A DNA stretch of 64,000 nucleotides. Origin: Balanoglossus misakiensis (Eukaryota > Animalia > Hemichordata). The stretch spans positions 7,899,846-7,963,845 of the forward strand of contig CM082577.2 in the NCBI GenBank assembly GCA_040954595.2. Reading direction: 5' to 3'. The notes beneath the pieces are model-generated. The model had not been told where the DNA came from. It saw only the letters and a list, made by a program, of their open reading frames with translations, and did not search any database. Below, in pieces: positions 49,901 through 62,267 of this stretch (positions are counted from its first letter, which is position 1; each line of letters begins with the position of its first letter). Both the position numbers and the translations under genes were made by a program.

Positions 49901-51682
49901 AAATGACTGCATTTAGTTTACTGCTGCAATTTGTCTAAATCGCGTTCAATGGCGGACCATTTTCTGATAGACAGCGAGATGATGACATCGTGATCAAAGT
50001 GGATTCATGCATGATTGCTATGTTTGTGACCAAATTGACGGAAGGACCGATCAGTGTGTAAGGTAACTGGTGTTAGTACCGCCCCGGGAGAAAAGTAACC
50101 AAGTTCAAAGGAAGAGAGCTAACCGGGTTCGAAGCAGCAAATCTTGCCGTTGGAGCATTGGAAAGGCTCGCTGTACTTCGGTGCCCCACAGGCGCCTATC
50201 TCACCACAAGATCCTCCATTGGCAGCGCAGTTCAGGTCATCTGAATAAAACAAGGTAATGTTGCAGTGCGTTGGTTATGATCGGCGACTCGGATGTGCCA
50301 TGCAGACTCTCAAGAATCTGACGAAATATCAATACATTAAACATATACTGACGTTTTCACTTTACTGTTTTTTGTAATGTGAATACGGTATTCCCTTTGA
50401 CTTCCTGTCAATGCTATAGCATTCTTGAGATCGAGTTGGCGTTATACATACTAGCCGTACTCCCATGTTTAAACTTTTCGGGGTACATGCTCTCTTATGA
50501 AAGATATCGTTTTCAAAACTCTGAAGTTGATTGAGGAATGTATAAATAAGTCTTGTCCGGACAGTTGCTCAGCCTGCGCGAACATACTTGTGTGACTGTA
50601 AAGTTGAATGTATAAGCGAATAAACTTACCCTCAGGCGGCTTACAGCAATGTCCTTGTTCGCACTGTCCACTGATGCGATTGGGGCCCGGACATCCAACA
50701 ATACACGTTGAACCCGGAAACTCGGAATTGCAAACTTCATATATGACGCCTGAACTTGCTGCGAAAACGAAAAAAAAAAAAAAACGATTGCAATGACGAA
50801 ACACCGTTCTGGTTTTAATGTAGTACTGTACCAATGACGGGACGCTTTCTAAAGACACGAAGTTGTTCGGGGTGACGCCGAAGCAGTTTCAATCAGAATT
50901 GCCTGTATGTATATAGACAGAACAAGCAGTCTTTTGACTGGTTTAACAATATCTGCATATAGCTATGTGCGGACAAAACATTGATATTGTGATAAGTGTT
51001 ACAGGTAGGAGATAATACCTCGTTTTTCCACGCTTCTCTTCTGCTTGGAAACTGTCTGCAAGACGAATTATGAACGGACTGTAATATCGAGTACCACTGC
51101 ATTGCAATACATGTATGTATCTACAGTATAATACATGTATACTGTAGTTACATACATACATACATTATCTACAGTATACATGTATTATGTCTTGGTGTCA
51201 ACTGAATTAATTTTTTTTAAGATGACTGAACGTAACCTTACGAACTAAGCTTACACTTGTGTATATGCGCGCGACAGGGTTGAATTATGTTGTGTTGAGT
51301 TCGACACACAAACGAGAAATTGGCGTCTGTACGTCATCGCTATTCTATGTTTTTTTTCCCCAGAATGGCAAAGAGCGTTAACCAGGTTGTTGGACCGCCA
51401 CAAAATATCACAAGCACAATTAGGAGAACGAAATTGAAGGAAAGTGGAAAGATGATTAGACAGTCTGTCTGAAAGCAAAGGGAAAACAGAAAACCTCAAA
51501 TGGAAGATGAAGTATTCCTCATTTTAACGAACGGAATATTAACAAAAAGCTATAGATTTTGGAGCTACGCACTTAATAACTGTGAGAGCCACTGAAGAAG
51601 AAAATGATGTACTCACTCGTCCTTCTCCAAGGAGGACTAGACTTCCGAGGAGAGCGATACACAAGACCAATTGTGGCTTCAT
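46971..51682 (-). CDS. Secreted protein B (paralog of A): signal peptide, KR propeptide, 4 beta-defensin-like Cys6 modules, beta-rich domain, vWD domain
   Basis: MKPQLVLCIALLGSLVLLGEGR; TVSKQKRSVEKR; CNSEFPGSTCIVGCPGPNRISGQCEQGHCCKP; CAANGGSCGEIGACGAPKYSEPFQCSNGKICCFEP; CGQLPDNTTATCIVDCPPHHSMPGSCDVGECCRPP; CECDQGICVRRNECTQHPKYSMPNRCSEPGYVCCYDP; GFVMKLFWDAC...; CHNGVTWKDPHMLTFGG...; ...FAESWLVPG; SCPN*. TATA box at ~51770. Confidence 0.85.
48116..48428. repeat. Long (TATG)n microsatellite, ~310 bp
   Basis: Near-perfect run in an intron of gene B. It generates the spurious MYVC/HTYI ORFs. Confidence 0.97.
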
Positions 51683-54432
51683 CTTCAATCAGTGGCGCTT
51701 GACAGCAAACAGAGTTCGTCTCCTCTCCGTCTGATCAAGACTGGTGATGAGAGTGTAAAGTTTGGCCACTTTATATATTCCTGTAGACGTTATGTCACAA
51801 GGTAGGAAGCGAATTGTCATGCATGCAAACGAGGTTGCTTGTTTACACAAATGTTACCAGCGCGCTTCCTGTCTCCTCGACTCCAGAATTTTAAGTAGCA
51901 GCGACAGAACTTGGATTTTCGAAACCCGGTTATGTCACTTCATATTAACTTCATTTAATGGACAGGTAAGAACCTGCAGGAAAAGGAGGAATGATACGAG
52001 TTTCGCTAAAACATTTATTAGCATTTCGGGGGACAGTCAAATTCTTCCGTCAAGAACGTTTTGATAAAAATTAAAGGTATATCATTTGTGCAAAAAATCA
52101 CGGGATGGTTACTTTTTACATTTATCTTCATTCTTTTGGAAACCACTCTGATAATTCCACCCAGGCCCTAATTGGAAAGTAATGATTGTATTTTACAAGC
52201 ATTTTAATCGTGCCTGTGTGATTTTATTGTTATCAGAATGCATCATTCAAAGTTCCCTATATTGCCACAACATGAATGCCGGACTGTTCGAATATGATGA
52301 ACCCGTCCGAAGGCCAAGCAGCCAACCTGTCAATCTCTGGGAGTGACATACTGGGAGGGGGGGGGGGGAGGAGGTCGATCGAACGAAAACAATAACAATC
52401 GCTATAGAATAACAGATTATCTTATTCTTGTTTATGGTCCGCTCGAAATCCGATTATTTGCAAACTAACGTTACCGACACTTGGTGATCTCCTGATGACA
52501 CGCTATTTCTCTATTTGCTAATTTAGACCCCCAATTGACTTGCTCAGCGAAAATGGCAAAATCTCCAATATGCAAAGTTTGAACAAGTCTTACTCAGATC
52601 ATCCTACTGAACGCGTACACCAAATTTTATATCACGTGATTACGAGACGCTGTTTTAAACCAAGAAATGTAAACCATTGCGCGAAAATAACTTGAATATT
52701 ATGGGATATAGCGTCACGCTTTTAACCAATCAGATCTTCATTAGGAAGAGCTCATTGCGTATGAATGATGTCGGAAAGGTCGGGGGAACAGTAACCCGAA
52801 CTACCCTAAAATTTTGTTAAGGCCGATCCTAAAACTTTACAACCGGAGAAATGCGGAAGTGAAAAAAATCGTAATATACCTGAGAATTTGCACAAAAATA
52901 TAAATCATTCTCAAAATTACACGAGAACCGCTGAGAGTGAAATGTTTTGCAATGGCATCTTTGTCTAATTGCAGGTTAGTAAGCAAGACCCGAACAAAGC
53001 TAAATTAATGTTTTGGTGCCGAAGTAATTTTAAACCAATTTAGAACAAGATTTTCACCCAGCTAATCTTAATTTGTGAACGAGCATGTTACCAGTATTGT
53101 ACAAATTTAAGAGCAGCTTTATTGAAAGACAGTGAAAATGGCTCTTCAAAACGTCGTTGAAAATTGCAATGAAATATTACTTTCAAAGACCTTGGCTGAA
53201 GAATGTTTTCCGAAATGTCAATAAAGATTAACATATGTTGCTTTAAACAAAGCCCAGCGGCTGTTGTCGTATCGACAGGTTCCGTGTTTACGCTTCCGAA
53301 AAGCTGACGGGGTTTTGGAAGCTTCAAAACAAGTTGTTGGCGTGTTGATGCTTCGACGGATGTTGAGCAGTCGAATCAGTTCTAAACGCCCCAGAAAATA
53401 TTCAGCTAACGGTTTGGTAGAGTTTAGAATGTCATTTTTCTTTGAAAGGAATAAGGGGTAGCAATTTGGTCACCGACGATGTTTTGGGCGCAGCCACTTC
53501 GTGAGACAAAATGTTGGAAAGCGTCATTTATGCTGCTCTGACCGAAAATAGACTACAATGAATTCAGAAAAGTCAGAGATTTTCCAAAATGTTGTATGTG
53601 TGAACATGTACAGATTTCGCACGTGTCAGAATTTACAGTAGAATGTGCCGTGAATTCAAAATAGTCGAATTCCTTAATAACACAAGTGCTTTCAAAGGCC
53701 ATCAACAAATATTGTGAGGTAAAAAGTATTGTCTTCCCCAAATGATGTGCTCATACCAAGAAATGTGTTTCTTTAATCCATTTTAGTCGTATTTCCATGC
53801 ATGTGTTGTTTGATAATGCGAGTACACCACTTGAGTAACTTTCATGTTATTGCCTAAACTTCCCGTTTTCTGTGGAGTTCTCCTGTATTACACGAATTAC
53901 TCTTACAGAGGAAGGTGTAGCTGATAGTCAGGCTTATGGTTAAGGGCGGTTAGGGGACGGGGTAAGTGTCCAGTGTCCAGCATTGGGTTATGGTAAAAGC
54001 CAAGGGCGGGTAGGGTATGGGGTAGTGTCTATAGTAGGTAAATGTCCAGGAACTGTCCGTCCTTTAACCGATGATGGTGGATGACTTGACGAGTGAACGA
54101 CACCGTAAAAATGCCGTGTCAGCTTGTGTGTGTATTCGCACGTTTTTCGTAAAACCAGCTCAGCTGCCACTTGTTTAGTTGCGAGCCCAATTCGAAGAAA
54201 TGCGCATGCGCTCCGAAAAATTTATCTGAGGCAAGTCTGAGGCCAGTGTCCGGAGTCGACCGGGACGTGTGATATGATTTCTAACCTGATTTATTATACC
54301 ATGCAATAATTAACTAATAATTTTGCAACTGTCAAAGCAGTATAATAGGGTATTTTCACTTATTGCCAATTGGAAGTATTCTATACCTTTAAATTTATCA
54401 TGCCCAAGTTAGACACGTCGCATCGAGATATA

Positions 54433-54504
54433 GAGGGGGAGAGAGAGAGAGAGAGAGAGCGAGAGAGGGGGGAGAAAGAGAGAGAGAGAGAGAGAGAGGG
54501 AGGG

Positions 54505-54535
<31 letters not shown>

Positions 54536-54558
54536 GAGAGCGAGAGAGAGAGAGAGAG
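54433..54558. repeat. (GA)n microsatellite
   Basis: Visible run. Confidence 0.93.
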
Positions 54559-55302
54559 CGCTGACCGAGTTAGACATCAAGAAATGTTTTCATAGTCAAG
54601 CTGTGACGAAGACAGTAGCAGGTATAGAAGCCGATTAACCACCCACGTCATACGAGACACATACGGACATGGTTTTAGCCAACTGACGTGATGATTGACA
54701 GTAGTTGCCGCAAACGATTTCAGAGCTGTGCCATTCATGATTATGAGTTATCCCCACTGTATTCTGCGATTATTTTACAGCTTAAAAACGCTAGCTTCCT
54801 CGCTCACAACTTACAGCAGCACACCCGAGAGTCTCGTCTGCATTTGATCAACAATTCTCCGATTTTTCACACACGTCGGCTTTCAGAATGTGTTAATGTT
54901 TTACTATCTACTTGATGTCAGCGTTTCTGGCTTATATCATAGACAGTAGTCTACAAATGTATGTCTATGGTGTGAGTGTTTTTCGGTGTATGTAAATGTT
55001 AGTGTGGGGGCGCTCTAAGCGGTTGTGACCGAAATGAATATATATGTAATGGGTGACAGTATAAAATCTGATGAAATAATGACGTGTTTGGAAAAGAGTT
55101 TTGTAAATTGCATCCTTTATTAAGTATAATATAAAATACATACTAAGTATGCACAAGAATGTTAGGAAATCTCAAAGATACACGTAACTGCGCGTGTGGT
55201 TATACATAAGAGGAAATGTGAGAAACTTCCACAGACAATTAAATTACATGTATAACACTCACTCACTGATTCACTGATTCACTCACTGAAAGTAAATGTT
55301 TT

Positions 55303-58300
55303 TTAATCTCTATAAATAACATCCAGTTCGCCATATTTCAAGATGCACTCGTCCACAGCATCCAGCAACCGGTCGGTGAATTCATCCATCATAGAAAAGC
55401 TGTCTCTGACAAAGCCGGTGTTGGTTCCGAAGTCATATCTATTTGGTCTGAGTGGGTCCTGTTTTAAGGCGTACAGCAACTGAAAGATATGAATATACAA
55501 GTTGAGGATAACCCGCCCCATTATCAGTAGCCTGTCTTAAATTATTGTCAAGCATAGAGTGGGCATGGTGTTTTTCTATGGCTTCCTCACGTAATGTAGT
55601 ATTGCTCTGATGGTCGTTGCATGGGCTTTGTACTCCAACGGAAGAAGCAGAGGGCTCTGGGTAACCGAGACTACTCCAGAAGCTACAGGTGGGGGAATTT
55701 TCCATCACGTTTTTTTGGTAGGTGATGTCATAGCATGTCGAACACCAATTAGAAGTGCGCTATTTGTCACGTGCTTTAGCGTCGCATGCGTCGGAGAGAC
55801 GTCTCCAAACTCGGCGCTGAAACACTTTGTCTTATTTCTTGCCCTCTCCCTACCGACCAGCAAATTCCAGTCCTACCGAGTAGCGTTTATGCTATATAGG
55901 GTCAGTTGGAAGTAGTCGAAATGTTGTCATGGATGCTTGCTTGTTTCTCATTTACTGTCGAAGGCGGAGAGACCGACGCGTTTTGTTTGAGCGGCCCTTC
56001 GGTTAGCTCTGCGTGGCAGGGCTGTGTTGTTACGGCGAGCCCTCTGGGCTGTGTTGTTACGGCGAGCCAGAGGGCTCGCCGTAACAACACAGCCCTGCCA
56101 CGCAGAGCTACCCTTCGCCTTCGGTTAGGTCAACCGTGTACGCGTGTGGGGGCTCCGTCACAATCTGTGGCAGCGATGCTACACATAGGCTAGTTTATTG
56201 ATTCCAGGTTTCTTTTGGTGTCAAATCTTTTCCGAACTATCGCTAATGTCTGGGTCAACACGGTTCTGGGATTATGTCGGCGAATGCTGTTGTTGTGACC
56301 ATGGAGCTGGAAGGGTGTAATTGTCTTGCATGCCAAATTAGAGTAGGGCTTCATCAACTTTTCGTATTTTGATTCATGGTAAAAATGTATAGGCTTAGTT
56401 GTATGCAAAAAGAGGTGAATAGCGCTCTGGGCACCGTACTCCTTACGGGATCTGATTCGTCAGATCAGCGCAAAAACCTTTCTTTTGCATCTTATCCGTT
56501 TTACTGTGTGTTCCAGAACTGTATAAATAATTAATTTTACAAAAAAAAAAGAAAAAAAAACATTCTAGGGCTTCATCATCTTTCAGTATTCTGTATCGGG
56601 GGGGGGGGGAGTACAGTTGTATGCAAAAAGAGGCGTTTTGAGCTCTGGGCACCGTACTCCTTACGGGATCTGATTCGTCAGATCAGTGCAGAACCTCGCT
56701 TTTTGTATCTCATCCATTTTACCGTGTGTTCCAGAACTGTATAAATAATTAATTTTTACAAAAGATGACAAAAACATTGCCGGGAATCGCATTCTAGGGC
56801 TTCATAAACTTTCCGTATTTTGTAACGGGGGGGGGGTATTGTTGTATGCAAAAAGAGGTGAATAGCGCTCTGGGCACCGTACTCCTTACGGGATCTGATT
56901 CGTCAGATCAGCGCAAAAACCTTTCTTTTTGTATCTCATCCATTTTACTGTGTGTTCCAGAACTGTATAAACAATTAATTTTACAAAACAAATGATGAAG
57001 ACATTGCCGGGAGTTTCATTCTAGGGCTTCATCAGCTTTTCGTATTTTGAAAGGGGGGAGTATAGTTGTATGCAAAAAGAGGTGAATAGCCCTCTGGGCA
57101 CCGGACTCCTTACGGGATCTGATTCGTCAGATTAGCGCAAAAACCTTTCTTTTGTATCTTATCCGTTTTACTGTGTGTCCCAGAACTGTATAAATAATTA
57201 ATTAAAAAAAAAAAAAAATGACGAACATTGCCGGGAGTTGCATTCTAGGGCTTCACCAACTTCCCGTATTTTGTATCGGGGGGGGGGGGGTAGTGTAGTT
57301 GTATGCAAAAAGAAGTGAATAGCGCTCTGGGCACCGTACTCCTTACGGGATCTGATTCGTCAGATCAGCGCAAAACCTCACTTTTTGTATCTTACCCATT
57401 TTACTGTGTGTTTGAGAACTGCATATAAATTAATTTTACAAATAATTGAAAAAACATTGCCGGGAGTTGCATTCTAGGGCTTCATCAACTTCTCGTATTT
57501 TGAATATAATGGGGAAAAAGTATAGTTGTATGCAAAATGAGAGATTCTGTTACACGCGCATGCGTTATTCACAGTAGGCCTACTCACCAAATCGCTCAGC
57601 CGGCACCTGTCGTGTGATTTTGCAAATCGTAACACTTCTATGACATGCTTCGGAAAGTGACAAAGATAAACATGCGACCAGAATCCAGAGGCTTTGCTTC
57701 GGAAAGCGCGGTCGGTATCAAACGCAGTTGGACGACCTGAAGAAAAATTACGTTAATTAATTTGTCCAAATTATTCTATATAGTTCTTTTCATTTCTGGG
57801 ATTCAAATATCACTGCAGTCCCATGATCGTCCATATGGTTGGTTGCAGTTGTTGAATTAAAAGCGTAAGGATCAAAATTCCGATTAAAATCAAAATATAC
57901 AAGCTTTTAAATCTTGTATCTAAGCTGAAGGCAGACGGGTAGATACAAACTGACAACCAGAGGTAGATAGACAGAGATGAACATACGAAGATGGACGGGC
58001 TGACAGACAGACAGACAGACAACTAATGTGCCCCGGATGTTGGAGGGACAATAAGAATTAACACATACCTCTAACTTTCTGAATATTGTGCGGTGTTATT
58101 GAGAGTCCGCTGAGCCACATGAGTAATATGTACTCCATGTCTTCCTTCTGCTGTCTTGTGAAATCTCTTGATTCGTCACGTCTACTTGGCAAGATAATTT
58201 TGGCTTTGTGTAATTTTTCTACAACCCAGGCACTGATTGAACCCTATATATATATATAGAAAATAAGCCATGTCATGCTATGTGTGTACTCAATTGCTGT

Positions 58301-60632
58301 ACATGTACATGTATAGTCGCTGCCAACAAAATCAATGACGGCGTACGGAATAGTGCGACAAAAATACGTCAAGGTTCAACTCTGCTGTAACTTTTATTTC
58401 CTTCTTGGTGTTTGGCTTATCATGAATGATATTGATTATTGGACGTGATTTGATGTCTTATTTGCCATAAATAGTGCCATATAAATACAGAAAATTACCC
58501 CTGCTACTTGGCCGAAATCGGTTAAAATATTACTTTCAAAGACCTAATCTTGGCCACCCAACTAAAGGTGATAGATTTGAAGAATTTTTGATACGAATTT
58601 CCATTCGCACTCTGCATTGATGAATACGAGTTGCTTTTCTGCGGATTGACTGCGAGAACTAGATTTTTTTAAAAGTCGCGAATCACAGGCATACCAGAAT
58701 TGGTTTGTGATTAACAGAATGTTATTGCCCACCTGTATGTAATAATCGCCCTTGGGTTTGATTCTTTTTAAGAATCGTCGAATTGCGTTGCTTTCACGGG
58801 CAGCTCGGCTGATATCATCAACGTCGATGACGATGCCCTTGGCAGGCACTGCGTAATACAGGCCAAGGATCCGGTCCAATAAGAATACCGCAATCTGGGC
58901 CAGGTGGCGCTCTCCCTTTGCGCTGTTCGGAGCAACCTGGTTTTTGTGTGAAGGTTGAACATGGTACATATTCTTCGTTAGAGCATATGATTAGAGAGCC
59001 GTATGACTCGGATTATCAGGCCGTCACAATTCATAACAAAATAGGCGCTACATTTATGAGAAGGGTTTATTTAATTTTCTGTTTCGTTATGCGGGTTTTG
59101 TGGCGGGCAGACCCAGACACGTTAACAAGATTTTCCTCAGATTCTTTTACCTTGGGTCATATTTGTGTTCCTGTTTTAATAGCTATTGGTCATTTTCAGT
59201 CAAACGTTACGCTTTTTGATGCTGTGATTATTGCTGCTGTATCATGGAATCAATAATAATCTTTAGGCCAACCATGTTGAATTTGTTGGAATAAACATTT
59301 CCGAGTTGGAAAAGTAAAACATGGCTCTTCATCTTAAGAATGAATTTAATGGCCAACATTTGATAATGATGACGGTGTAGCCACTCACTCAAATCCAATA
59401 CTCAGAATCAGATAAAGCACCGACCTTGAACCACACTTTGTAGCTGGCATTTGCATACTTCATTTGCATACTGATGCTGGCTGTCCCGTCTGCCTCCCCT
59501 GCTTTGTAGAAATCGCCTATGGTGTAGCTCTCTGACTCCAGAATCTTATTCCAATCCAGGTCGGACATCCCTCCCCATCCGCAGGCCTGACGTCACGAAT
59601 AATGCGAAATTTAATTTGTAATAAACGAGGATTCAGAAATATAGCTCTGGTTATGAAATGTTGAATATTCGCAGGTTCCATGAGCCAACACCCATTTCAT
59701 TGCAGTAAGCACTGAAGTGAAGCATCCAAGATTAGTTTGAATAAAAAGTTGACCAGCCTATAACTTTGAAGAGTCTTTTCGTCGCTTGTTCCATGATACA
59801 AGACAGTAGATTCAACTTGTGTTTTGTGCCCATTGGTCACATTGATATTTAGTAGAAAAAACATCTCCTTTCAATCACAGAACTGTAGTCATATATCGAA
59901 CATGGATTTACTACAATATATATTGTTGGTAAGTCCGATTATTAGATAACTCGGAAATTCAGTATGGCAAAAAATAAAGTCATTTCATTAGGACTGCTTT
60001 AAAGGCTTGCATACAAAAAGTGCCTTACCTCCATGAAAGTTTCTTCTCGTTTCCGCCTGGAAGCAGCCTGGTCGTAAATTAACGAACGGAATTCTGAACA
60101 ACAAGAAACATGAAGAGTTAAAACAATGCGAGAAAATGGTATGGTGAATACAGAATTACGTAAGGGAAGCGGGTTCCGATCCAAATGAAATCATATGTGA
60201 CAATATCTCCAGTGCTATGGACACAAAACGCGGCCTACCTTGAACGCATTCCACTTGTATTCCCTTGAAAAGATCTGAAATTAACAGCTTTTCAGTCGCG
60301 CCGGAAGGAATTGATTTTTCTACTAAAAAATTTACTACCCCGTGACCCCGCGGTCCCAGGGCGTCCAATCTGAGGAGTTGGTTTTCTATGGTTTCGTTCG
60401 TTTCGCCGGTCAAAACCGCTTCACTTAAGATCTCCCCACTGTCAACGTGATGACCCCGTCCCGATACTGCTGCTGGGGGTGCCGATACCGATACCACAGT
60501 TTCCGGAAGGAAGCTTGGAATCTGACAGAAGCCTGCGATGAGACACGCGGATAGAATCAAGAGCGGTAGCAAACATCTGACCGTCGGACGTCTGTTCACT
60601 CGCCAGTAGCAGACCGACGTTTTCATCGTCAT
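55303..60632 (-). CDS. FAM20/four-jointed-type Golgi kinase-fold protein, probable pseudokinase (exons ~60632-60238, ~60093-60029, ~59586-59425, 58936-58733, ~58243-58069, ~57736-57588, ~55479-55303); an in-frame upstream ATG at 60701 is possible
   Basis: Signal-anchor CLLPLLILSACLIAGF. Motifs DGTASISM...KVWFK, ERHLAQIAVFLLDRILG (FAM20C ERHNAEIAAFHLDRIL), QGSISAW, AFDTDRAF (FAM20C LDNGRGF) and ALKQDPL...DRLLDAVDECILKYG (FAM20 C-terminal helix pattern). Confidence 0.75.
56004..56110. mobile_element. Near-perfect palindromic hairpin MITE with internal duplication
   Basis: tagctctgcgtggcagggctgtgttgttacggcgagccctctgg ... ccagagggctcgccgtaacaacacagccctgccacgcagagcta, with TA ends. Confidence 0.75.
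56340..57540. repeat. Tandem array, ~220-235 bp unit, ~5.3 copies, intronic
   Basis: Recurring gttgtatgcaaaaagagg...gctctgggcaccgtactccttacgggatctgattcgtcagatcagcgc at ~56398, 56616, 56841, 57065 and 57298, partial at 57525. Confidence 0.95.
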
Positions 60633-62267
60633 GAACGCATCTCTGCCGGTCTCTCGGCCCTCCACAGCTAACGGTAGACCCAGGGAGCTACGCCTGCGCA
60701 TATCTACAGTCTTTATTGTGAAATCGACATCGATAATCTTTCGAAATAACGTCGGCGATGTAACTGTGTGTCAGCACCCATCAAAATTCCCCTGACACAA
60801 GCAATAACCATAGACGCTGTGAACAGTCTCATTGATTATTCAAATATTCCGTCTCGCTTTTCGGTAAACACTCTTTATCCGCGAAATCGATTTTTCCCCA
60901 TGACCTAACTTATATGCAGATAAATTAACGGTATTATTAAGGTTGCCAATTCTTGAAAAGTGAATCGATTTTCTCCACAGCACACTGACAGGGGTCAGGC
61001 TTCTTTTCGATTTCATAGCTGCCCGAGAGGAAATCATAACACAAGTATTCTCGAGCTCAGTGGGGCTTTGGCCTTCTGGGATGTCACTTCTGCAGGCTAC
61101 TCGAGACTTCCTGCGCCCCCCCCTCCCCTCCCCCTCCCCAATCAAACGACGACTGTCACAGTCCATGGTGTACATGTATATATGTAAATATACAATGTGT
61201 AAGTTTACTGGAGATCAGACGAATGAGTCCCCATCATTTGCTCCACCGTTGAGGGCAGTCGTGAAATGAATTCCAAACAAGCGCCAAAGGCTTGTTCTTG
61301 TCATATGGGGGGGGGGGGGGGGAATACTAAATATGTATGTGGCCACACTTTGGTTCTGTCCGAGGCATAAGAAGTTTACTCGTAAACACATGAAGCGGGA
61401 CCAGTTTACTTTGAAATATTTGAAATTTTGAAAACCACATCTGAGAATCCGGATACGCCAATAGAGTTCACGCCTTTGTCACTATGCGTCCAATACTTGA
61501 CCTCTGCTCGCCGAGAGCAGACATGCCAGATTAGACAAGAAATAAAATGCTTGGCATTAAGTACCATGACAATAACAATTGCCCAATGCCGTGTGTCTCT
61601 TAACCAATTAACTTCGAAAGGGTAAATAATTTACGAATGACAACTCTAACATCTAACGAGACGGAACTGTGTTGTACGAGTTGGGTGTACAGCTTGTTGG
61701 TCGTGCATCTAGTCAACGGGACAGGATTTCTTCGCAGTAAACTTGGTGCTGTTCAGTGAAATGTCCGCCAAATCGTTTCAACGTGGGACCGTTCATTCTT
61801 CAGTTGTCGAGCTGTGTGGTTGAGTATGGAATATCGGTTGTGTCGCTAGGCCAACTTGGTAACCGGTACGGTAATTGTCTACTAAATTAAATCATTTCCT
61901 GATATTAGAGGATGAAATATCGACAAACTCATACGCAGTGGTGTGTTCAAAGGTTAATTTTCAAGCTTGGGATGGCCACAGACTGCATGCGTCTGCCCTG
62001 CGTACATAGTGTTTCACGATAATAATCAAGCGCTTCGTTTAAGAAAAATCTGTAACGAAAAACATGCATTGGTTCGGTTTCATAGGATGTAGTGTATGGG
62101 GTCAAAACTGCCGTTGATCACCGACAATTGGCAATCAGACTTTAGTCTGTTTTCCTTGATAGTGCGCAAAAATAATTACTGACAAGTAAAGTGATGGGAA
62201 AGGAAGAATAACCATAAGTAGGTCTAATGCAATTCATTACCGTAATTTCAGCCCCGCCGACTGGAAT

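Noticed and set aside
56340-57540. Possible CRISPR-like array
   Set aside because: Units are homologous along their full length with no unique spacers, the context is a eukaryotic intron, and there are no cas genes.
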